This document shows, piece by piece, positions 1 through 7,039 of a DNA stretch of 64,000 bases. The stretch's first letter is position 1. Each line of letters begins with the position of its first letter. A program made the translations under genes and the position numbers. The notes under the pieces are model-generated. The model had not been told where the DNA came from. It did not search any database and saw only the letters and a program-made list of their open reading frames with translations. The stretch spans positions 1,293,095 to 1,357,094 of the forward strand of contig CBDFKL010000006.1 of the NCBI GenBank assembly GCA_965248825.1, in the 5' to 3' direction. Origin of the DNA: Alphaproteobacteria bacterium. GTDB lineage: Bacteria > Pseudomonadota > Alphaproteobacteria > UBA828.

Positions 1-464
1 CGGTCGCGACCGGCCAGGCGAAGCCCCGCGGCACGGTCATGGTGCTGGACGATCTCTGTGACGTGGTCGCCCCGCTGACCGCGGTTGCCATCAAGGATGG
101 CGGCGCGGATGAAGTCATCCTGGTGACGCGGTGGCCGATGATCGGCATGGAGACCATCCTCGACGTCTATCTCGACTGGATCCTGCCCAAGCTCTATCGC
201 AGCGGCGTGACCATCTGCGTCGACCATTTCGTCCGCGGGATCGAGGGAAACGCCGTGACCCTCTACAACGTGCATCAGGAGGACGCGGAGCGAACGGTGG
301 AGGCGGACTGGATCGTCATGGCGACCGGTCGGCGTTCAGAGAACGCGCTTCGCGACCTGGTCGCGGCACGCGATCTCTCCGTCGAGACCATCGGCGATGC
401 GACCGCGCCCCGCAGCGCCTATGAGGCGGTCTACGAAGGCCACCGCCAGGCGCGCAAGATCTGA
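1..464 (+). CDS. C-terminal FAD/NAD(P)-binding domain of an OYE-type two-domain flavin oxidoreductase (FadH/2,4-dienoyl-CoA reductase-like), 5'-truncated by the window edge
   Basis: The ORF 39..464 reading frame is open back to position 3. The translation (…IVMATGRRSENALRDLVAARDLSVETIGDATAPRSAYEAVYEGHRQA) matches the C-terminal tail of the paralogs at 7040..9001 and 38356..40413. Confidence 0.55.
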   Translation, partial: VATGQAKPRGTVMVLDDLCDVVAPLTAVAIKDGGADEVILVTRWPMIGMETILDVYLDWILPKLYRSGVTICVDHFVRGIEGNAVTLYNVHQEDAERTVEADWIVMATGRRSENALRDLVAARDLSVETIGDATAPRSAYEAVYEGHRQARKI

Positions 465-482
465 CCGGGCGCCGCGCCCCGG

Positions 483-2210
483 TCAGAGCGGCACGACCCC
501 GCGCTCGCGCGGGACCGCGAGAATGTCGAGGTCGCAGCCGCGGTCGGCCTGCTCGACATGGGCGAGGTGGAGGGCGAGGTAGCCGCGTTCCGAGCCGGCA
601 GGCGGCGGAGGCGGGCGCCACGCGGCAGCGCGGGTATCGAGGGTCTCTTGCGGGACCTGCAGCATGAGCGACCGCGCCGCGACGTCCAGCGCGATCGAAT
701 CGCCGGTCTCGACCAGGGCGAGCGGCCCGCCGATGGCGGCTTCGGGGCAGGCGTGAAGCACGATGGTGCCGAAGGCGGTGCCGCTCATGCGGGCATCCGA
801 TAGCCGCACCATGTCCCTGACGCCCGCGGCGGCGAGCTTCTTGGGGATCGGCACGTAGCCGGCCTCCGGCATGCCGGGCGCGCCCTTGGGCCCGGCATTG
901 CGCAGCACCAGAACGTCGTCGGGCGTGACCTCGAGCGCGGGGTCGTCGATCCGCGCCGCGACATCGGCGACGGAGTCGAAGACTACGGCGCGCCCGGTGT
1001 GGCGGCAAAGCGCGGGCGTCGCCGCGGATTGCTTGATGATCGCGCCGGCCGGGGCGAGATTGCCCCGCAAGACGGCGATGCCGCCTTGCGGGTGGATCGG
1101 GTCGTCCGGCCCGCGAACCACCTCTTGCGGCCAGGGAGCGGGTGCGGAGTCAATCTCTTCGCCGAGGGTGCGCCCGGTTACGGTGAGGCAATCGAGATGG
1201 AGTGCGGGCGCGAGCGCGCGCAAGACCGGCATCAAGCCCCCGGCCCTGTTCAGGTCCTCCATGTAATGGCTGCCGGAGGGCTTGAGGTCGACCAGCATCG
1301 GCGTTTCCCGGCTGAGCCGATCGAGGCCGTCGAGGTCGAAGTCGAGGCCGCAGCGCCCGGCGAGCGCCGCGAGATGGATCACCGCATTGGTCGAGCCGCC
1401 GATCGCGAGCATCACCCGAAGCGCGTTGGTGAAGGCGGCGGGCGTGAGGATCCGATCCGGCGTTAGCCCTTCCGCCGCGAGGGCCACGGCACGGGCCCCG
1501 GTCTCGCGCGCGATGCGGAAGCGGTCGGCGAGCACCGCCGGGATCGCGGCGCCGCCCGGCAGCATCATGCCGAGGGCCTCGGTGACGCAGGCCATCGTGC
1601 TCGCCGTGCCCATCACCATGCAGGTCCCGGCCGAGGGCATGAGCCGGCCGCCGATTTCGGCGATCTCCGCCTCGTCGAGCCGCCCGCCCCGATGCTCGCC
1701 CCAATAGCGCCGGCAATCGGTGCAGGCGCCGAGCCGCTCGCCGTGATGGCTACCGGTCAGCATCGGGCCGGTGATCAGATGGATGGCGGGGAGGTTGGCG
1801 CTCGCCGCGGCCATGAGCTGGGCCGGCACGGTCTTGTCGCAGCCGCCGATTAGCACCACGGCGTCGATCGGATGCGCGCGGATCATCTCCTCCGTATCCA
1901 TCGCCATGAGGTTGCGGAAGAGCATCGTCGTCGGGTGCATGAAGGGCTCGCCGAGCGCGATCGTCGGAAAGGCGAGCGGCAGGCCGCCGGCGACCAGCAC
2001 GCCGCGCTTCACCGCCTCGATCAACTGCGGCACCGTGCCGTGACAGCTCACGAGGTCGCCGGCGACGGAGGCGATGCCGATCACCGGCCGCTCCAGTTCG
2101 GAATCGGTGTAGCCCATCGATTTCGCGAAGGCCTTGCGCAGGAAGAGCGAGAAGGCGGGATCGCCGTAGTCGGTGAGCGCGCGCTTCAGCCCGATCGGGT
2201 CTTTCGTCAT
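483..2210 (-). CDS. IlvD/EDD family dehydratase (dihydroxy-acid / sugar-acid dehydratase)
   Basis: Diagnostic IlvD/EDD motifs are present (…LIGGCDKTVPAQLMAAA…, …SAGTCMVMGTASTMAC…, C-terminal …GGPLALVETGDSIALDV…). The first 100 residues of the 675-aa ORF are low-complexity R/S/P-rich and were treated as a spurious extension; the start was set at MTKDPIGLKRAL (about 575 aa, typical for the family). Confidence 0.85.
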   Translation of the reverse strand: MTKDPIGLKRALTDYGDPAFSLFLRKAFAKSMGYTDSELERPVIGIASVAGDLVSCHGTVPQLIEAVKRGVLVAGGLPLAFPTIALGEPFMHPTTMLFRNLMAMDTEEMIRAHPIDAVVLIGGCDKTVPAQLMAAASANLPAIHLITGPMLTGSHHGERLGACTDCRRYWGEHRGGRLDEAEIAEIGGRLMPSAGTCMVMGTASTMACVTEALGMMLPGGAAIPAVLADRFRIARETGARAVALAAEGLTPDRILTPAAFTNALRVMLAIGGSTNAVIHLAALAGRCGLDFDLDGLDRLSRETPMLVDLKPSGSHYMEDLNRAGGLMPVLRALAPALHLDCLTVTGRTLGEEIDSAPAPWPQEVVRGPDDPIHPQGGIAVLRGNLAPAGAIIKQSAATPALCRHTGRAVVFDSVADVAARIDDPALEVTPDDVLVLRNAGPKGAPGMPEAGYVPIPKKLAAAGVRDMVRLSDARMSGTAFGTIVLHACPEAAIGGPLALVETGDSIALDVAARSLMLQVPQETLDTRAAAWRPPPPPAGSERGYLALHLAHVEQADRGCDLDILAVPRERGVVPL

Positions 2211-2253
2211 CGTCTTGTCTGCTGGAACAGCCCTTTGGTCCGCTGGCGGCCCG

Positions 2254-3159
2254 TCACTCGGGAGCCAGCCCGCAACTGACGCCGCCGTCGATCGTGAGCG
2301 CGATGCCGGTGATCCACTGCGCCTCGTCCGAGGCGAGGTAGACGAAGCCGCCGGCGATGGAGGCCGGGTCTCCGATACCGAGGGGATGGAGCTTCTCAAG
2401 CCGCGCCTTGAATCCTTCGGGATCGTCGAGCTGGGACAGGTGGTGGTCGACCATCGGCGTCTGGACCCAGCCGGGGCAGATGCAGTTGACCCGGATCTGG
2501 TCCTTGGCACCGTCGAGCGCCAGGCACTTCGTCAGCATGACGACAGAGCCCTTGGAGGTTCCGTAGGCTACCTGACCGGGGGTTCCGATGAGCCCGGCGA
2601 TCGAGGCGGTATTCAGGATCACGCCGCCGCCGCGCGCGCGCATGTGGCCCCAGATCGCCTTGGCGGCCCGATAGATGCTGGTGACGTTGACGTCGATCTG
2701 ACGGTCCCAGTCCGCGCTCTCGACCTCCTCCACGGTGCCGATCACGGCCTGGCCGGCATTGTTGATCAGGACATCGACATGGCCGAGCGCCTCGATCGCG
2801 CCCTGGACGAGCCCGGTCACGTCGTCGTCGCGCATGACATCGGCCTCGATGGCGATCGCGGTGCCGCCCGCGTCCTCGATCGCACGCACGGTGCCGACAT
2901 TGTCGTCGGCGCTGAGGCCCGCGCACACGACCGCGGCGCCTTCCTGCGCGAAGCGCAGCGCCGTCGCCCGGCCGATGCCGGAGCCCGCGCCGGTGATGAT
3001 CGCGGTCTTGCCGTCGAGCCGGCGCTGCGCGTGCTCGCCCGGCCCGGTCCCGCTTCCGATTTCGGTCACCCTACCCTCATATCCCAAACCGCCGCCAAGG
3101 CTATCAGCGTCCCGCCGAACAAGCACGTCGCAAGCGCGAAGCGCGGGGGCGTGGAACAT
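2254..3159 (-). CDS. Short-chain dehydrogenase/reductase (SDR) family oxidoreductase
   Basis: Rossmann motif GKTAIITGAGSGIGRA, NNAG motif and catalytic YGTSKGSV (YxxxK) are present. It lies immediately upstream of the dehydratase on the same strand (probable operon). The start is uncertain (first Met at aa 46 of the ORF; a GTG nearer the TGxxxG motif is possible). Confidence 0.75.
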   Translation of the reverse strand: MFHAPALRACDVLVRRDADSLGGGLGYEGRVTEIGSGTGPGEHAQRRLDGKTAIITGAGSGIGRATALRFAQEGAAVVCAGLSADDNVGTVRAIEDAGGTAIAIEADVMRDDDVTGLVQGAIEALGHVDVLINNAGQAVIGTVEEVESADWDRQIDVNVTSIYRAAKAIWGHMRARGGGVILNTASIAGLIGTPGQVAYGTSKGSVVMLTKCLALDGAKDQIRVNCICPGWVQTPMVDHHLSQLDDPEGFKARLEKLHPLGIGDPASIAGGFVYLASDEAQWITGIALTIDGGVSCGLAPE

Positions 3160-3364
3160 CGTTGAGACCGGGAGAGAGGAGGCTCGGACCCTGCGGGGCT
3201 GACGGCGGCACGCGGCTTCGTCGCGATCGCGGCGCGTCAGCCGGCTTCCAGCGGGTTCAATATGGTCAGCCCTTCGAAACCGGCCGCTTGGCAAAGACGA
3301 CGATCTGCGCAGACAAATGTCAAAGGCGCCGGCACGCTGTGACGAACCGTCAGACAGCCGGCGA
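3155..3364. repeat. Direct repeat copy A (about 210 bp, about 90% identical to 4061..4272); contains a remnant vapC 3' end
   Basis: Near-identical string to copy B (aacatcgttgag…gcgatcgcgg…ttccagcgggttca…gacaaatgtcaaaggcgccggcacgctgtgacgaaccgtcagacagccggcga). On the minus strand it encodes …VCADRRLCQAAGFEGLTILNPLEAG*, i.e. the VapC C-terminus with one amino-acid change. Confidence 0.8.
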
Positions 3365-3380
3365 TCTCCTCGGTATCCGG

Positions 3381-3728
3381 TCAGTCTTCGAGGAGCCGGG
3401 TCAGCATATGACGGACGTGATCCTGACCACCAAAGAACACCGCCAGAACACGGATAGTCCGACGCGCTTCATCGATATCGAACCAGTAGATCGCCCGGTC
3501 GATCGTCAGATGCCGCAGACCGGGCAGAATGTCGTCATGGCTTTCGCCTCGGTGGGGCGCGGTCAGGATGCGGTTCGCGGCCGCGCGGATGTCCAAAACC
3601 CGCGCCTCGGCATTATCAAACGCGGCTTCCACGCTCTCGCCAAAGCCGAGGTAGTTGTCGAAGAGATGGTCGAAGATCAGTCCGAAATCGCGCTCGGCCT
3701 CCGCCGAGAACTCAAGACGGAAGTCCAT
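3381..3728 (-). CDS. parE: ParE/RelE-family type II toxin
   Basis: 115-aa protein (MDFRLEFSAEAERDFGLIFDHLFDN…RVLAVFFGGQDH…), typical ParE size and fold signature. It overlaps the upstream antitoxin gene by 17 nt. Confidence 0.8.
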   Translation of the reverse strand: MDFRLEFSAEAERDFGLIFDHLFDNYLGFGESVEAAFDNAEARVLDIRAAANRILTAPHRGESHDDILPGLRHLTIDRAIYWFDIDEARRTIRVLAVFFGGQDHVRHMLTRLLED

Positions 3729-3987
3729 GCGAGCGGCGCTTCGCGGCGATCACGTCGGCCAACCGGCTATCCATCCGCTCCCCGCTAATGAACTTGCGCT
3801 CCCGGCGGCGGGCCAGAACCTCGCGCAGCGCCGTGAGTTCCAGCTCCTCGGCTTCTATCCGCTGGCGCAGCAGGTCCATGCCCTGTTGCAATACGGCGCT
3901 GACGCTGGAATAGCGCCCAGCCTCCACCAATGTCCTGGCGAAGGCGTGTTGCTTGTCCGTGAGCGAGACCGAAGATTTGATCGTCAT
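3712..3987 (-). CDS. parD: ParD-family (RHH/CopG-like) type II antitoxin
   Basis: The start was set at MTIKSSVSLTDKQHAFARTLVEAGRYSSVSAVLQQGMDLLRQR…, the characteristic ParD antitoxin N-terminus. It lies upstream of and overlapping parE. Confidence 0.8.
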   Translation of the reverse strand: MTIKSSVSLTDKQHAFARTLVEAGRYSSVSAVLQQGMDLLRQRIEAEELELTALREVLARRRERKFISGERMDSRLADVIAAKRRSHGLPS

Positions 3988-4008
3988 AGGTGCTCTCTTT
4001 GACAGCGA

Positions 4009-4027
4009 GGTAGCACCTGGTAGCACC
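4009..4027. promoter_or_regulatory. Tandem direct repeat GGTAGCACC-T-GGTAGCACC just upstream of parD (candidate ParD operator)
   Basis: A 9-nt unit is repeated twice with a 1-nt spacer, 20-40 nt upstream of the parD start on the minus strand. ParD antitoxins autoregulate through repeat operators. Confidence 0.3.
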
Positions 4028-4060
4028 GACGTCAATATCGACCACCTCGCGAGAGCGTAT

Positions 4061-4272
4061 AACATCGTTGAGTTCGAGAGAGAGGGGGCTTGGACCCTGC
4101 GAGGAGCCGACGGCGGCCCGTGGCTTCGTCGCGATCGCGGCTCGTCAGCCTGCTTCCAGCGGGTTCAGTATGGCCAGCCCTTCGAAACCGGCCGCCTGGC
4201 AAAGACGACGATCGGCGCAGACAAATGTCAAAGGCGCCGGCACGCTGTGACGAACCGTCAGACAGCCGGCGA
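4061..4272. repeat. Direct repeat copy B (about 210 bp); overlaps the authentic 3' end of vapC
   Basis: See copy A. Copy B spans vapC codons for …CADRRLCQAAGFEGLAILNPLEAG* plus about 85 nt downstream. Confidence 0.8.
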
Positions 4273-4597
4273 GCTGGAGGGCGTCATAAGTCCTGAGCGG
4301 GTGGGAGTCGAGCGACCGAGCGGCCTCCTCGATCACCGCCGAGCTTGACGGCTGCACGAGATACAATGATGACCTGTCTTCGTCGATCTGCTTGAGGATT
4401 CGATTGGCGTCCGGCCCCGAGATGTCACCCTCTCGCTCACGCCTGCGGATTGCCGAACGAGCCTCGAGGAGGGAGACGTCCAGGATGATGATGTGGCCGT
4501 CGCCGAGAGCCTCCGTCAGATCGAGCAGCGCCGCGGTTCCCTCTTCCTCGATGTAGAGCTTGATCAGCGCGCTCGTGTCCAAATAGACGCTCGCCAT
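4145..4597 (-). CDS. vapC: PIN-domain VapC-family type II toxin (ribonuclease)
   Basis: 150-aa protein with N-terminal MASVYLDTSALIKLYIEEEG (PIN acidic-residue signature DTSALI) and a size typical of VapC. Confidence 0.8.
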   Translation of the reverse strand: MASVYLDTSALIKLYIEEEGTAALLDLTEALGDGHIIILDVSLLEARSAIRRREREGDISGPDANRILKQIDEDRSSLYLVQPSSSAVIEEAARSLDSHPLRTYDALQLAGCLTVRHSVPAPLTFVCADRRLCQAAGFEGLAILNPLEAG

Positions 4598-4606
4598 AGA
4601 CCTGGA

Positions 4607-5257
4607 TCAGTGCCTGTCGTTGAGGACGGTGTCGGCGATCGAGCCGCCCCGGATGCGTACCGGCTTGAAGCCCGTGCCGCGTCGGCGGGAGTCGGGCTGA
4701 AATCGCGGATGTTTCCGATTGACCCGTATTGCGGTGATCGGGTGCAGCGGCTGATTCGGGTTGGGGACTTGGCTGGTCAGGATCAGGCGCTGTTCCGTCG
4801 CATGGCGCAGCAGGGATCCGCTCGCCCTCGGATCGCGAGCCCAACCGTGGCCGCTTTCGGGAAGAAAGTGATCGCGGAACCATGTCAGGCCGACGAACGG
4901 TCGCACGCCTTCGGCAGTCTTGAGCTCGGCGATGAGTTGGTCCATGGCGGTCTCGACATCGACCGTGTCGGCCGGTCCCTCGAAACGGTTGCCGCCGGAC
5001 TCGCGCTCGGCGGCTTCGTGCTGAGGTGTTTCAAGCGGAACGAATTTGATCATCACGACGCACTTGTCGGGGTCGAAATAGCCGGCAGACGCGTCCTCGC
5101 GGATTTTCCTCTGGGAATCCGCGTTGTGGATGCTGACCTGGGGGTTGCGGTCATCGACGGGCAAATGCCGGAGCCCCTGCAATTCGCTCGGAAGGGTTAG
5201 AGCGGGCAGGCTGGCGAGACTTTCCTCGATGTCCCGCTGCAAGTCGGCAATTTTCAT
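4607..5257 (-). CDS. Uncharacterised 216-aa protein in the antitoxin position upstream of vapC (no recognisable antitoxin fold)
   Basis: It ends 9 nt before the vapC start on the same strand. The coding looks real (GC3-biased, no low-complexity run), but it is three times longer than normal VapB and has no RHH/AbrB/Phd-like N-terminus that I can recognise. Confidence 0.5.
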   Translation of the reverse strand: MKIADLQRDIEESLASLPALTLPSELQGLRHLPVDDRNPQVSIHNADSQRKIREDASAGYFDPDKCVVMIKFVPLETPQHEAAERESGGNRFEGPADTVDVETAMDQLIAELKTAEGVRPFVGLTWFRDHFLPESGHGWARDPRASGSLLRHATEQRLILTSQVPNPNQPLHPITAIRVNRKHPRFQPDSRRRGTGFKPVRIRGGSIADTVLNDRH

Positions 5258-5271
5258 TTTTTCTCCTATTT

Positions 5272-5290
5272 TTCTAGCAAATTACTAGAA
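5272..5290. promoter_or_regulatory. Perfect inverted repeat TTCTAG-N7-CTAGAA in an AT-rich divergent promoter region
   Basis: ttctagcaaattactagaa lies in the about 200-bp AT-rich spacer between the 216-aa/vapC operon (minus) and the SDR gene (plus), directly upstream of the 216-aa gene start. Confidence 0.35.
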
Positions 5291-5456
5291 ATTTATAAGA
5301 TCGCGCAATTTACCAGGTGCCCAGGCCCCTATGTCAAGCTCTTTGCGGCATGCGGTGGTCGGTCCCATGCGCCTCCGCCTGCGCCGATCCGTCGCGATGG
5401 TTGACTCGGTGCCGCGCGAGACGATAGGCCCGGCGGGCGGCATGGGGAGCGGCACC

Positions 5457-6269
5457 ATGAGGTTCCAGGGAAAATACGCGATCGTGACCGGCGGCGGCCG
5501 CGGCATCGGCCGCGAGATCGGGCGCCGGTTCGCGGCCGAGGGGGCGCATGTCGTGCTCGCCGATATCGACGGGAGCCGCGCCGACGAAGCCGCAGCCGAG
5601 ATTGGCGCCGCCGGCGGCCACGCCGCGCCCTGCGCGGCCGATCTCGGCACGCCGGAAGGGGCCGCGCACCTGTTCGAGACGGCACACGCCCGTTTCGACG
5701 GGCGCCTCGACGTCCTGATCAACAATGCCGGGATCGCCCATCACGGCGCCTTCCTGGACCTGACGCTCGAGGATTGGGAGCGGGTCTTGCGCAACAATCT
5801 GACCAGCGCGTTCCTCTGTGCGCAGAGGGCGGCCCGGATCATGGCCGAGCGGGGCGGCGGGCGCATCGTCAATATCGGCTCGATTTCGGGGCAACGCGGC
5901 AGTTATGGCCGCACCGCCTACGGCGTCACCAAGGCGGGCATCCATCAGATGACGCGAATCATGGCGGTCGAGCTCGGCCCGCGGAACATTACCGTCAACG
6001 CGATCGCGCCCGGTCCGATCGATACCGGCATCACCAGCTTCGGGCCGGATCAGGAACGCCGTTACCTGGAACGCATTCCGCTCGAGCGCTTCGGCCAGGC
6101 CCGCGATGTTGCCGGCGCGGCGCTGTTCCTGGCCAGCGACGAGGCGGCCTATGTGACGGGCAGCGTGGTAAATGTCGATGGCGGCTTCGATAGCGCGGGG
6201 CTCATTTTCAGCTACACTGAGCTGACCACGGTCAAGAGCGATATCCGCGACCCAACGAAGAGCGATTGA
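5457..6269 (+). CDS. SDR family oxidoreductase (FabG-like 3-oxoacyl reductase type)
   Basis: Contains GKYAIVTGGGRGIGREIG, NNAG and YGVTKAG (YxxxK). The start was moved to MRFQGKYAIVTGG (aa 43 of the ORF). Confidence 0.8.
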   Translation: MRFQGKYAIVTGGGRGIGREIGRRFAAEGAHVVLADIDGSRADEAAAEIGAAGGHAAPCAADLGTPEGAAHLFETAHARFDGRLDVLINNAGIAHHGAFLDLTLEDWERVLRNNLTSAFLCAQRAARIMAERGGGRIVNIGSISGQRGSYGRTAYGVTKAGIHQMTRIMAVELGPRNITVNAIAPGPIDTGITSFGPDQERRYLERIPLERFGQARDVAGAALFLASDEAAYVTGSVVNVDGGFDSAGLIFSYTELTTVKSDIRDPTKSD

Positions 6270-6273
6270 ACCG

Positions 6274-7026
6274 ATGCGTGTTGATAAAAGCGTCGCCCTC
6301 GTCACCGGCGCGGCCGGCGGGATCGGCGGCGCCCTGGTGGCCGCGCTGGCGGAACGGGGCGCCCGGCGTATCCTTGCCGTCGACCTGCCGGAGCCGCTCG
6401 CTTCGGCCCAATTTCCGCAAGCCGCCGGCGTCGAGCCGCTTGCGCTCGATGTGACCGACGAGGCGGCCATGCAGCGCGCCGCCTCGCGTCACCCCGACGT
6501 CACCCTGGTGATCAACAATGCCGCGATCGTCTTTTTCGAGGGCATCATCGACGCATCGCGTATGACCAATGCGCGTGCGCAGTTCGAGGTTAATTTCTGG
6601 GGTTATCTCCACGTCGCGCGCGCCTTCGCGCCGGTGCTCGCGCAGAATGGCGGCGGCGCCCTGGTCAACGTCCTCTCCGAGGTGGCGCGGGCGAACGCGC
6701 CTTTCGTCGGCGCCTATTCCGCGAGCAAGGCGGCGGCCTGGTCCGCGACCCAGTGCATGCGGGCCGAGCTTCGCGCGCAAGGCACCCATGTGCTCGCCGT
6801 GTTTCCGAGCTCGACCGATACGCCCATGCTCGCCGGCATCGGCGGCGACAAGCAAGCGCCCGAGGCGGTGGCGCGCGGCGTCCTCGATGCGCTGGAGGAA
6901 GGGGCGGAGGACGTCTCGGTCGGCGCCCACTCGGTCCAGATCGAGGCGTTGATGCAACGCGACCCGAAGGAAGTTGAGCGGGAGTTCGCGGCCTTCCTTC
7001 CCGGAGCTCCGTCAATACCCGATTAG
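6274..7026 (+). CDS. SDR family oxidoreductase
   Basis: Contains KSVALVTGAAGGIGGAL, NNAA, YSASKAA. It starts 5 nt after the previous SDR (tandem SDR pair). Confidence 0.8.
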   Translation: MRVDKSVALVTGAAGGIGGALVAALAERGARRILAVDLPEPLASAQFPQAAGVEPLALDVTDEAAMQRAASRHPDVTLVINNAAIVFFEGIIDASRMTNARAQFEVNFWGYLHVARAFAPVLAQNGGGALVNVLSEVARANAPFVGAYSASKAAAWSATQCMRAELRAQGTHVLAVFPSSTDTPMLAGIGGDKQAPEAVARGVLDALEEGAEDVSVGAHSVQIEALMQRDPKEVEREFAAFLPGAPSIPD

Positions 7027-7039
7027 AGTCCGCGCTCCC

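Noticed and set aside
316-1008. Many long ORFs lying antisense to, or out of frame within, confidently assigned genes (e.g. 316..1008-, 2173..3165+, 5334..6470-, 7784..9046+, 10722..11939+, 12209..13285+, 14998..16308+, 16233..18155- of 640 aa, 18177..19328-, 22213..23616-, 27573..30053- of 826 aa, 29809..31968- of 719 aa, 38560..40575+ of 671 aa, 41903..43027-, 45006..46316-, 54726..55958-, 59346..60464+)
   Set aside because: In 65-68% GC DNA, stop codons are rare in all frames. These translations are Arg/Ala/Gly/Pro-rich with no recognisable motifs, whereas the overlapping frame in each case shows textbook family signatures, so they were treated as GC artefacts.
483-2510. N-terminal extensions on several ORF-track genes (IlvD/EDD 100 aa, SDR 45 aa, LeuC-like 42 aa, LeuD-like 65 aa, acyl-CoA synthetase 75 aa, OYE paralog 50 aa, FadB-like 16 aa, epimerase 17 aa, DapA-like 56 aa, aminotransferase 17 aa)
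   Set aside because: The extensions are low-complexity (R/S/P/G-rich), precede the family-typical N-terminus, and often overlap the upstream gene. Starts were moved to the first Met consistent with the conserved N-terminus. Exact starts remain uncertain without RBS scoring.
3162-4348. Plus-strand ORFs 3162..3788 (208 aa) and 3953..4348 (131 aa), which share a repeated peptide (…CFQRVQYGQPFETGRLAKTTI…)
   Set aside because: The shared peptide is just the two copies of the 210-bp repeat read in the wrong strand/frame. The real coding content of the repeat is the vapC C-terminus on the minus strand.
4437-4883. ORF 4437..4883- (148 aa) as a candidate VapB antitoxin upstream of vapC
   Set aside because: It overlaps vapC itself out of frame. 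The translation is Pro/Arg-rich junk with no DNA-binding motif. The in-frame 216-aa gene (4607..5257) occupies the real upstream position.
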